A stretch of 32,000 bases of DNA, taken from positions 186,015-218,014 of the forward strand of contig DXJG01000009.1 in NCBI GenBank assembly GCA_019056805.1, given 5' to 3'. Position numbers and translations under genes: made by a program. Below, in pieces: positions 10,813 to 19,681 of this stretch. Every line of letters begins with the position of its first letter. Within the stretch, counting starts at the first letter, position 1. This stretch comes from Candidatus Baldrarchaeota archaeon. GTDB lineage: Archaea > Asgardarchaeota > Baldrarchaeia > Baldrarchaeales > DXJG01. The notes under the pieces were generated by a model. It worked only from the letters and a program-made list of their open reading frames with translations, was not told the origin of the DNA and searched no databases.

Positions 10813-11042
10813 ATCTAAAATATATTAGTGAATTAACTAGCCTAAGAGTTTTTTAATTTTGGTTATCTTCTTCTAAATATGTATCCAAATAGGATAAGTA
10901 TTATTAGAACCGAATGTCTTCATAATAAACTTGAATAAAGTAACTTGTTAATATTGTGATCATCGCAGAGCATCTGTGATGCACAAACGTAAAGGTTAAG
11001 AGGGTAGAGGCAATAATTATAGGTTCATCAGGAGGCTTCTAA

Positions 11043-11618
11043 TTGTTAAATAAGATTAAAAATAAGGTCGGTAAACTCTTTAGCTTGCCAGCAAAACTCT
11101 TAGCTGTCATGGGGTTTGCTCCAAACCTACTAACTTTCTTAGGATTATTATTCTCAATAATTTCGGGTTTCTTCTATTACTTTAAATATATTTTTTACGC
11201 CGGAATATTAATTCTTATTTCTGGATTATTAGATGCATTGGATGGTGCTGTAGCAAGAGAATCGGGCAAAGTTACAGTATTTGGAGGATTTTTTGATTCA
11301 GTTGCCGATAGATATAGTGACGCTATAATTCTTACTTCTATTATTCTAAGCGGGCTTTGTGACATTTTTTGGGGGATACTAGCCATTATAGGATGTTTTT
11401 TGGTTAGCTATTGTAGAGCACGGGGTGAAGCTGTTGGAATCAAAAAAATGACTGTTGGAATAGCTGAGAGACCAGAGAGACTAATTTTACTTGCTTTTGC
11501 AACTTTTTTAGAAATGTTCTTCAACGGGGCAATTCATTATGCCATAATAATCTTAGTTGTGTTATCACATCTTACCGTGGGTCAAAGAATATATTATGTA
11601 TGGAAACGTCTTAAGTGA
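11043..11618 (+). CDS. pgsA: CDP-alcohol phosphatidyltransferase (archaetidylinositol phosphate synthase-like)
   Basis: PNLLT, DALDGAVAR...GGFFDSVADRYSD, VSYCRARGE and ERPER motifs; AGGAGG SD before the TTG start. Confidence 0.88.
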   Translation: MLNKIKNKVGKLFSLPAKLLAVMGFAPNLLTFLGLLFSIISGFFYYFKYIFYAGILILISGLLDALDGAVARESGKVTVFGGFFDSVADRYSDAIILTSIILSGLCDIFWGILAIIGCFLVSYCRARGEAVGIKKMTVGIAERPERLILLAFATFLEMFFNGAIHYAIIILVVLSHLTVGQRIYYVWKRLK

Positions 11619-11964
11619 GATCAAAAACTCGTGATAAAAGTTCATTTATAACTTCTTTCGCCATTTTCATAGCTTTTTTTCCTTTTTCCGTTATCTCATA
11701 GTATTTGCGCGAAGGTTTCCCTTCTTCTTTCTCTCCTTTTCTCACTCTAACAAGCCCTTCACGTTTTAGCAAATAAAGGACCGTATAGCTTGTAACTTTT
11801 CCCGGCGAAAAATCAAATTTTTCCTTTATCTGTTTCCTAAGCTCATAACCATACTTAGGACCTTCTTGAAGTAATCTTAAAACATAAAGCCATAAATTTT
11901 CTTTTGTAAGCTTATTTATTAAACGTTGTACAGCTTTAACTTTCTTTTCTTTCAATTTAGTCAC
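11611..11964 (-). CDS. PadR-family transcriptional regulator
   Basis: LLQEGPKYGYEL, YTVLYLLKREGLV and RKYYEITEKG winged-helix motifs. Confidence 0.88.
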   Translation of the reverse strand: MTKLKEKKVKAVQRLINKLTKENLWLYVLRLLQEGPKYGYELRKQIKEKFDFSPGKVTSYTVLYLLKREGLVRVRKGEKEEGKPSRKYYEITEKGKKAMKMAKEVINELLSRVFDLT

Positions 11965-12085
11965 TCCCTAGCAAATATTTTACATTTTTATCGTAAATAG
12001 AGAAATATTAAAGTTCAATACAATACAAAGTTGCAAATAAACTCAAGTTTCTATCTTTTATCTAGAAAGAAATATAAAAATATTT

Positions 12086-12330
12086 TTGACACTCTTCCCA
12101 TCGAAATAAAGAGATTTTTGCTTCTAAGGACTTCATTAACATCCTTGACTCATCAGCTTTTACCTCAACCATGTTTCTGTTCTTAGAAGCAAAAGGGTGT
12201 GTTAACACCCCATTATTCCTACCCCATGAAGGGGCTCGGGATTATAGTGAATTTTTAGCAAAGTTTAAACAACCCGCTTCAATACCCTCACTTCTTCCCA
12301 TGATAAATCAGAAGCGTTCATAGCGATATT
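12086..12330 (-). mobile_element. Probable degraded IS200/IS605 (tnpB 3' end/right end) remnant
   Basis: The minus strand reads ...AGCLNFAKN*...GRNNGVLTHP...KSLEAKISLFRWEECQ and ends GATGGGAAGAGTGTCAA, resembling archaeal tnpB tails and TCAA right ends. Hairpin GGGTGT-GTTA-ACACCC at 12195-12210. No intact ORF. Confidence 0.45.
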
Positions 12331-12461
12331 CTTGTAAAGGTGTTCTGAGATACTTTTTCACATAACGTCTTGAGTTCGACTTTGAATAAAGATTCCGAAA
12401 CTTTTTAAACATGTTAGTTTACAATGTTCCCATAAGATCACGTAATTAATAGGTGATAATA

Positions 12462-12749
12462 TTGCCTAAGAAAAGAAAAAGTGGTGGCCGTTCTAAAGGC
12501 GGTAAGGGTAGAACAGTACTTGTTCAATGTGCTAGATGTGGACAACGCGTACCTAGAGATAAAGCTAAAAAAGTTACGCGATATACAAGCCTAGTTGATC
12601 CTATGCTTGCTAGAGAACTCAGAAAGCAAGGTGCAATAATTCCAAGAAGAAGTATAACACAATATCTTTGCATAAGATGCGCTGTCCACTATGGCGTGGT
12701 AAAAATAAGGAGCAAAGATGAGAGAAAGAAAAGAGAGCCACTACGATAA
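12462..12749 (+). CDS. rps26e: 30S ribosomal protein S26e
   Basis: MPKKRKSGGRSKG, VQCARCGQRVPRDKAKK and YLCIRCAVHYGVVKIRS motifs. Likely start is TTG 12462; the ORF track starts at GTG 12453. Confidence 0.95.
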   Translation: MPKKRKSGGRSKGGKGRTVLVQCARCGQRVPRDKAKKVTRYTSLVDPMLARELRKQGAIIPRRSITQYLCIRCAVHYGVVKIRSKDERKKREPLR

Positions 12750-12817
12750 ATAAATATTTCGTATCTTCCTTGTTTTTATCGAAATATATCGTAATTTTCA
12801 TATTCCTTGTTTTTAGT

Positions 12818-13444
12818 CTATATTTTGAGTGAAATAAGTAACAGAGACGAAACTACTGCATAAAGAACGAGATATAATGGGAACATGTAATGATTGAGCA
12901 AAAGATAGTCAGCGAATGCCCAAATAAGTAAACATGAAGCGAAAAGTGATATTCTTCTACTCCTAGTTTTTATAGCTGAAATAACCAATAAGGAGAGCAT
13001 AAGAATACCGCCCATTACAACATAAGTCTTCATTATTAATGAAAACCAGAGAGGTGCCTGTTGGGTATCCAAAATCTCAGCTTCAATTATATGAACACCT
13101 GTAAGGGGTATCGAAATCAATATGACTGCAATAGAAAATATTATGTAAAATTTTATCACTTTTCTCAATTTTTCTGAGTGGATGAACTGTGTTAAAAATA
13201 GCCAGCCAATTGCACCCGTGAAAAGACCAAGTGAAAACCAAACAAATGCAAAAATCCCACTATTTATAAGCTCTAGGAACCATAGACTCATATCTACTAA
13301 TCCTAAACATCCAAAGAGATAGTAAAGACTAAAATATAAAGTTGTGTTTTCTATTTTTCTATACTTTAAGCCCGATTTAATCAATACATAGGTTGAAAAC
13401 GTTGTTAGAGAAATACTCAACATAGCGAGGAAATATTCATACAC
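12818..13444 (-). CDS. Integral membrane protein with about 7 predicted TM helices
   Basis: Seven hydrophobic segments separated by short basic loops in 208 aa, with no soluble domain. Confidence 0.7.
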   Translation of the reverse strand: MYEYFLAMLSISLTTFSTYVLIKSGLKYRKIENTTLYFSLYYLFGCLGLVDMSLWFLELINSGIFAFVWFSLGLFTGAIGWLFLTQFIHSEKLRKVIKFYIIFSIAVILISIPLTGVHIIEAEILDTQQAPLWFSLIMKTYVVMGGILMLSLLVISAIKTRSRRISLFASCLLIWAFADYLLLNHYMFPLYLVLYAVVSSLLLISLKI

Positions 13445-13508
13445 TTTAATACCCCCTTGATTAAGTGAAAAATTAGCTATAAAAAGTACGAGAAAAAACT
13501 AAGAAAAC

Positions 13509-14066
13509 TTATTTGTAGAAAATCTTTTTTAACAGTAGCTTGAAAGCTTCGAGAACATTTTGTCCATTGAGTGCTGAAGTTCTCAGAAAACAGATGTCAC
13601 CATTAACATTGATATATTTTTTCATTTCTTCAATAGAAATAATATTATCTAAATCGCACTTATTTATGCAAAAAACTATCGGTATATCGTTTTTCAGCAT
13701 ATTTTTAAGTTCTTTCCAACTTTTTAGATTTTCTTCCAATAAACCACGTTGTCCATCCGCAACAAAAATTATTCCATCAACTCCTCTTAGAACCGTAGGC
13801 CGTGTCTCAACATAGTAATTTTGCCCAGTAGCAGTCCATACATTCACCTCTATATTCCACTTTGATGCTTTAAATATTAAATTACCAAAATCAAAGAAAA
13901 GTGTTCGTCCCGTCGAGGTCTCCAATGAACTTATTTTATTTTGCAAATTGAATATTTTAAAGAGAGTTTTTACTGTAGTAGTTTTTCCACTCATTGCAGG
14001 ACCATAATAAACAATTTTTGTCTTTATTTTCTTATTCACATAGTCTACTATCAAAACGATCACCAT
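13509..14066 (-). CDS. MglA-like small GTPase (Ras superfamily)
   Basis: KIVYYGPAMSGKTT (G1), GRTLFFDFG (MglA switch I with Arg), TATGQ (G3), NKCD (G4) and TSAL (G5). Confidence 0.9.
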   Translation of the reverse strand: MVIVLIVDYVNKKIKTKIVYYGPAMSGKTTTVKTLFKIFNLQNKISSLETSTGRTLFFDFGNLIFKASKWNIEVNVWTATGQNYYVETRPTVLRGVDGIIFVADGQRGLLEENLKSWKELKNMLKNDIPIVFCINKCDLDNIISIEEMKKYINVNGDICFLRTSALNGQNVLEAFKLLLKKIFYK

Positions 14067-14941
14067 AAACCATTTATCCAGTCTTCTATTTGGAAAAACC
14101 TCCCTTTTTGCAATATATTTTCAAAATCTTCATTCCATTCTGCTTTAATAAACAAAATTATATCTTCAGGGGGCGTTTGAGAATAACCTATGGTTTCAAG
14201 CAACGTTTTACCTGATATTTTACCAGAAATTTGAAATTGTTCAAGAAGACGAATCCTAGAGAGAAGATATAAAGCTCTCCTACAAGCATGAACAAATTTT
14301 AGTATTTCCTCTCTTAATATTTCTTCCCTTAAGACCTCTTCTTCTGCATCAAAATCTAGCAAAACTTTCAATATATGTTCGTTTAACTGCTTCTTACCAA
14401 TTTTTTTCTTCAAAACTTTTTTAATCCGCTCCATCGCTACACTAGTTCTCTCTAATATTTTCTCAGAAATCATTTTTCCGAAAAACATATCTATATTCCC
14501 GTACTTCTGAAACTTAAAAGGATTTGAAAGATGTAAAACTCCACAGTAATTATTTTTATTAAGAATTTTTTCCACCACATCTTTTAAGCTAAGCAAAGCC
14601 GATTTTATCCCTATTATACATCCCTTAAAATCATCAAATTCAGAAAGAGCTCTCTTAGCATACTGACTATAAACTAATGTGGCTACCCTTTTCATGTCAT
14701 AGTCTTGTTCCTCTGAAAAAAGCAGTTGAAGACGTTCTTCTCTTGTAACAAAATCTGTCCAATAAACAACAGTTTCCCTATGAGGAAATAAAGATGCTAG
14801 AAAATCAACATACATATTTACAATATTTGAATCATCTCCAAATACTATTACAGGGACACGTAAAAATAAGCAATTAAGAAGTTGAGAAAATTCATCCTTA
14901 TCTAAATTTTTTAACAACCGACTTAACAGCTTTCTCGTCAT
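14060..14941 (-). CDS. Hypothetical protein, possibly cDENN-like alpha/beta domain plus helical C-terminus
   Basis: 293-aa ORF overlapping the GTPase start by 7 nt. LLNCLFLRVPVIVFG...VDFLASLFPH resembles the cDENN core pattern by eye only. The CDS itself is likely real; the product call is weak. Confidence 0.5.
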   Translation of the reverse strand: MTRKLLSRLLKNLDKDEFSQLLNCLFLRVPVIVFGDDSNIVNMYVDFLASLFPHRETVVYWTDFVTREERLQLLFSEEQDYDMKRVATLVYSQYAKRALSEFDDFKGCIIGIKSALLSLKDVVEKILNKNNYCGVLHLSNPFKFQKYGNIDMFFGKMISEKILERTSVAMERIKKVLKKKIGKKQLNEHILKVLLDFDAEEEVLREEILREEILKFVHACRRALYLLSRIRLLEQFQISGKISGKTLLETIGYSQTPPEDIILFIKAEWNEDFENILQKGRFFQIEDWINGLW

Positions 14942-14956
14942 AAAGAGACACCATAC

Positions 14957-15895
14957 CTAAAATGACAACTGAAAATCTTCAAGTGCACTTACTTTGGGAA
15001 TGACGGGTTTTTTCATCTTACTTTCTCTTAATATGTTTCTAATCTTATTTATACAAGAATTTATAATAAGACGAAGGAAACCAAGTTTAATATGTCCCTT
15101 AACAGTCTTTATAACTAATACACAACCTCCTAAATCATAAATGAAATACATATAATTTCTACAATCACACATAAGTCGTCTTACCACGGTTTTCTTTGTA
15201 ATCCACATAAGTCTTGTAGCAGTATCCATTAGAGAATAAGCTAAAACGTCTCCACTACTTGTCTCGCTACATTCACTATTTCTTGACAGAGATAAAACTA
15301 AATATCCTCCTTCATAAATTAAAGAAACTGTCTCTATCTCCCGAATTAAAGTTAACAGCTCCTCCAAACTTCTTCTAATACTTTCAAAAGTCTCACCATT
15401 TAATTCTAACATTTCATGTTTAATCCCGTCAAATTCTTCTCCCCCAGGTTTTACAAGAAAGGACCTCAAAATATTCTTTAGTTCTTCCTCAGTAAACTTT
15501 CTAAGTGGCGGTTTTATATCAGATAAATTCAAAAGTGCATTACGAAGAAGGAAAAAGTTTTCACGCATTTTCAGGAAAATTGCACCAAGATTAACTCTTG
15601 GCCTAGTTACAATTGTAAAACAAAATTCTCTAAGATCCTGTAAAGGAGATATCACCATATTAACTCTGTTTCCCTCGATAAACAAGTAGTTTAGAAGCCC
15701 CCTACTTAACTGTTGAGCTGCGGCGTAAATTGCAGAGCTTGATGAACAAACACCAAATATTTCATTTTCACTAAGCCAAACACCAACAATACTTATTGGA
15801 AACCCATCTTTCTGAGATAAAATAGCTGTTTCCACGCCATAAATTTCCCTAAACTTCTCTAGGTAACATTTAATATCGTTTAACACTTTTCGCAT
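14957..15895 (-). CDS. Tandem roadblock/LC7 (MglB-like) domain protein
   Basis: Two roadblock-like units: GVETAILSQKDGFPI...AIYAAAQQL...LFIEG...VNLGAI and IETVSLIYEGGYLV...LMDTATRL...IKLGFLRLII. Confidence 0.72.
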   Translation of the reverse strand: MRKVLNDIKCYLEKFREIYGVETAILSQKDGFPISIVGVWLSENEIFGVCSSSSAIYAAAQQLSRGLLNYLFIEGNRVNMVISPLQDLREFCFTIVTRPRVNLGAIFLKMRENFFLLRNALLNLSDIKPPLRKFTEEELKNILRSFLVKPGGEEFDGIKHEMLELNGETFESIRRSLEELLTLIREIETVSLIYEGGYLVLSLSRNSECSETSSGDVLAYSLMDTATRLMWITKKTVVRRLMCDCRNYMYFIYDLGGCVLVIKTVKGHIKLGFLRLIINSCINKIRNILRESKMKKPVIPKVSALEDFQLSF

Positions 15896-15996
15896 CTAAC
15901 ATCCCACTACAAAATTCTCTCCAATTAGTTTTCACACGCACTATAAAAAGTCCAACAAATACTCACATCTCACATGCTAGAATGAAAGAAGAGAAA

Positions 15997-17091
15997 TCAG
16001 AAATTTTTCCAATATTTTGAAAGAATTTTTTTCAACTCATTGACTGTCTCATTTATTTTTCTTTTTTTCTTACTTGGCGTTTTAAAAACACCTATATCGT
16101 CGTAAAACTCTACTTCCACCCCAGTTAAACTATATAGAACAGCAGAAACAGACAGAGGGAGCGCTAAAAGATTATACCCGCCTTCTAAAACAAATACAAT
16201 CCTAGAACCACATACCCGCTTAGCTATTCTCAATATTTCACCTGAAAGTCTAAAAAAGGTTCTAGATCTCAAATTTAAATTACCCACAGGATCCGCGAAA
16301 TGAGCATCAAAACCAGCTGAAACCACAATTAAATCAGGATTAAAACTCTTAGCTAACGGCTCAACAAAATTTACAAAAACATCCAAATAACAATCTTCAG
16401 CAACGCCCAAAGGCAGAGGTACATTGATATTGTACCCTTCTCCCACACCATAACCTATTTCTTGTATCCCACCTCTTTCTCCATGTTCAAAGTCATATTC
16501 ATGAAAAGAAACAACTAGAACCGTATTATCATCGTAAAAAATCTGAGAAGTACCGTCAGAAGGATGTGCATCCCAATCAACAATCATTATACGTTTAACT
16601 CCAAGCTTTTCCTGTAAATATCTCACCATAACAGCCACATTATTGAAAAAACAAAGCCCCTCAGCATGAGCAATACCCGAATGATGACCTGGCGGACGAA
16701 CCAGCGCAAAACCCTGAGCATATTTTCCCTTAACAACAAGTTCACCCGCTTTAATTGCCGTACCAGCCGCAGCAAGCGATGCCTTTAAAGTCCCCCCACT
16801 TACATAACTAAGCTCTCCGACCACTCCTTTCCCCATTTTTGACAATTCATCAATAACATGATAAATATAAGGGTGATGAACACGCTTAATATCCTCAAAT
16901 TCGGCTTTTCTTCCCTCTGCAATCTCTATCTTACCTTCTCTTACGAGTTCGCTTTCTCTTAAAAAATTAAGCGTTAATATAATTCGTTGAGGCGACTCAA
17001 AACTTTCCATCCATGGACGTGTAAAATCAGTAACATGCATCAAGGTATTAGGATGATATAAAACACATACTTTTTTCATGTTAACCACCAA
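15997..17091 (-). CDS. Zn-dependent histone deacetylase-family protein (AcuC/AphA-like)
   Basis: ESPQR, RPPGHH, GLCFFNN, DWDAH, NINVPL, SAGFDAH..DP and LEGGY motifs. Confidence 0.92.
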   Translation of the reverse strand: MVVNMKKVCVLYHPNTLMHVTDFTRPWMESFESPQRIILTLNFLRESELVREGKIEIAEGRKAEFEDIKRVHHPYIYHVIDELSKMGKGVVGELSYVSGGTLKASLAAAGTAIKAGELVVKGKYAQGFALVRPPGHHSGIAHAEGLCFFNNVAVMVRYLQEKLGVKRIMIVDWDAHPSDGTSQIFYDDNTVLVVSFHEYDFEHGERGGIQEIGYGVGEGYNINVPLPLGVAEDCYLDVFVNFVEPLAKSFNPDLIVVSAGFDAHFADPVGNLNLRSRTFFRLSGEILRIAKRVCGSRIVFVLEGGYNLLALPLSVSAVLYSLTGVEVEFYDDIGVFKTPSKKKRKINETVNELKKILSKYWKNF

Positions 17092-17117
17092 CTTCGTATT
17101 TAACTCTAAACAACCTC

Positions 17118-17942
17118 TTACCTGTGGTACTCACTCCATGGAGGACCAGGATCATAGTAGTGAACCTCTACCTCTGGCAGTTCGAGTTGAAGTATATATG
17201 ATAAACGTCTCATACCTACGGATTCCGTGGCATAATGCGTAGCTCCTACAAGTTTAATTCCTAAATTCTTCGCTAAAAGAGCTTCCCTGTGAAGAAATGT
17301 ACCTGTGACGTAAGTATCAACTCCCTTCTCCTTAGCTCTCATAAGCAACTCTTCATTTACCCCTCGACCACCAACCACAGCTACACATTTAACTTCCTCA
17401 TCTAACTTCCCAACATAATGAACACAATTAACATTTAATTTATGCATAACAATCTGCAAGAATACAGAAAGATTAAGTTTTCTCTTAACCATGCATATTC
17501 TACCTAACGGAATATTATCAGTTCCATAAGATGCGGGCAACGTGTCTACAACATTAAGCTCCAATATTTCAGCAAGCGTATCACTAATTCCTCCCTCCAC
17601 AGCATCCCAATTCGTATGAACAACATATATGTTAATCTTATACCTCAAAGCTATCCGCAGAATTTCAAGATAAGTATCCACTATGCGTGAAGTAGGTGTC
17701 GAAAAAAGGGGATGATGCGTAATTATCAAATTTACCTTTTTATGTACAGCTTCGACCATTGCATCATAAGTTGGATCTAGGGTTACCATAATCTTTTTAA
17801 CCTCAATATCTTTCTGCCTGCTTGGAAAACACGTCCCTATTTGCAAACCTATTATATCGCTTTTATGAGCTAATGAAGGAGGAGCTATTTCCTCTAACTT
17901 TCTTATAACTTCAAATAAAGACACCATATTAACCCCATCCAA
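17118..17942 (-). CDS. Nif3/YbgI-like dinuclear metal centre protein
   Basis: IGLQIG, IITHHPLF, HTNWD, VAVVGGRG, DTYVTG and THYATE motifs. Confidence 0.88.
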   Translation of the reverse strand: MDGVNMVSLFEVIRKLEEIAPPSLAHKSDIIGLQIGTCFPSRQKDIEVKKIMVTLDPTYDAMVEAVHKKVNLIITHHPLFSTPTSRIVDTYLEILRIALRYKINIYVVHTNWDAVEGGISDTLAEILELNVVDTLPASYGTDNIPLGRICMVKRKLNLSVFLQIVMHKLNVNCVHYVGKLDEEVKCVAVVGGRGVNEELLMRAKEKGVDTYVTGTFLHREALLAKNLGIKLVGATHYATESVGMRRLSYILQLELPEVEVHYYDPGPPWSEYHR

Positions 17943-18085
17943 TAACTCTACACTTTTCCAGATAATAAGTTAAATTAATCATAAGAACATTTTATTTAAC
18001 TACAGGTAAGAAACCTACCTGAAAAATAGTTTAACCTCTATATCATTATTTTGCTTTCCGAGCGATACAAAATCAGGGGTAAAAA

Positions 18086-19435
18086 ATGGCAGAAAAAATT
18101 GATAGAGAAGAGATAGCGGTAGAAGCATTAACATTAATCGAACTTAAAGGATTATCAGCTAGAACCGCTATGAATAAAGTAACCCAAGAAATGGGCATAA
18201 TAGATTGGAAAGAAAGAGGAGCAGCTCACGCTCTAGTATTTGAAGTTCTAAGAAGAAAAAACACCTTGGATAGAATACTAAATCTAGTCTTAAAAGAGGG
18301 GTCTACACGTTTAATGCACCCTTATCTAAGAAACCTTTTGAGACTAGCAATATACCAAATGAAATTTGGAAAAGTAGGCGGGCCACTCGTAACTAATGAA
18401 GCCGTTAAAATAACTAAAGAAAAATTTGGAGTAAAAACTGCAAAATTTGTAAACGCTATCCTAAGACAAGTAGAAAAATTTTCTACCAAAAAAATCTATG
18501 AGCATCTCAACGATATCGAAGCATTAAGTATCAAATATTTTTACCCTACATGGCTTGTTAACTATCTAATCAAGCTAGTAGGAAGAAATATGGCCATAAA
18601 AATAATGAAAAAAACAAATACAGTACCGCCAATATACATACGAATAAACACCCTAAAATGCGACAAAAAAAGAGCAATAAAAATGCTTAGAAAAGAAGGA
18701 GTTAAAGTAGAAGAAGATAAAGACCTTCCAGAAATAGTAAAAGTAGTCTCCTATGAAAAACCTGTTACAAGAACAAAAGCATTCCAAGAAGGATACATAT
18801 ACATACAAACAAAATCATCTGCCCTAGTTACCCACGTATTAAACCCCTTACCTGGAGACTTCATAATAGATCTATGTGCAGCCCCAGGAGGAAAAACAAC
18901 CCACATGGCACAGTTAATGAAAAATCAAGGAAAAATCCTAGCTATAGATCTTAACATTAGAAGAATGGAAGAAATGAAAGAAAAATTCAAAAAACTAGAA
19001 GCAAAAATAACTCACCCACTAGTTGCAGACTCACGTATACTACATAAAATCACCATGCATAAAGCTGACAAAGTACTAGTAGATGCTCCGTGTAGTTCCA
19101 CCGGAGCTATCTGGTCTAAACCAGAAATAAAATGGAAAATAAAGCCTAGAGATATAAAACGCGTAACTCAAATACAATGGGAACTCCTAACAGCAGCAGC
19201 AAAACTTGTAAAAGAAAACGGAATACTTGTATACTCTACATGTTCCATAACATTAGAGGAAAATGAAGTGCTCATTGAAAAATTCCTAAAACTTTACCCA
19301 GAATTTAAACTTGTGCCAGCGGAACCCTTCATAGGACTTGAAGCATATAGAGGTCTAAAAGACGCACAGAGATTGTTTCCCTACCCAAATGAAACGGAAG
19401 GATTTTTCATCGCAAAAATGAAAAGAATGTTTTAA
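18086..19435 (+). CDS. rsmB: RsmB/Sun-type RNA m5C methyltransferase with N-terminal NusB-like domain
   Basis: LRLAIYQ, FVNAILR, IRINTLK, DLCAAPGGKTT, VLVDAPCSSTG, VYSTCS and GFFIAKM motifs. Confidence 0.9.
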   Translation: MAEKIDREEIAVEALTLIELKGLSARTAMNKVTQEMGIIDWKERGAAHALVFEVLRRKNTLDRILNLVLKEGSTRLMHPYLRNLLRLAIYQMKFGKVGGPLVTNEAVKITKEKFGVKTAKFVNAILRQVEKFSTKKIYEHLNDIEALSIKYFYPTWLVNYLIKLVGRNMAIKIMKKTNTVPPIYIRINTLKCDKKRAIKMLRKEGVKVEEDKDLPEIVKVVSYEKPVTRTKAFQEGYIYIQTKSSALVTHVLNPLPGDFIIDLCAAPGGKTTHMAQLMKNQGKILAIDLNIRRMEEMKEKFKKLEAKITHPLVADSRILHKITMHKADKVLVDAPCSSTGAIWSKPEIKWKIKPRDIKRVTQIQWELLTAAAKLVKENGILVYSTCSITLEENEVLIEKFLKLYPEFKLVPAEPFIGLEAYRGLKDAQRLFPYPNETEGFFIAKMKRMF

Positions 19436-19531
19436 AAATAAAAAGAGAAGATATAAGAGTTTTATAGATTTAAAATATCATCTTAAATATTTCAAAAAAT
19501 ATTTAACAAGCAGCAAAAATTATAGAATGAA

Positions 19532-19635
19532 GGGCCCGTGGCCTAGCTGGATATGGCGCCGGCCTGCGGATAAAATTTTAAAATGACTTAGTAGAAAGCC
19601 GGAGATCCCGGGTTCAAATCCCGGCGGGCCCGCCA
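19532..19635 (+). tRNA. tRNA-Arg(GCG) with a 27-nt intron at position 37/38 (19570-19596) and encoded CCA
   Basis: Acceptor GGGCCCG/CGGGCCC, anticodon stem CCGGC/GCCGG, loop CT-GCG-G, T arm CCGGG TTCAAAT CCCGG. BHB central helix CTGC/GTAG with bulges GGA and AAA. Confidence 0.95.
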
Positions 19636-19681
19636 AACTAAGAAATTCATTATTCAAACCTAACGTTGAGAGATGACTTAA

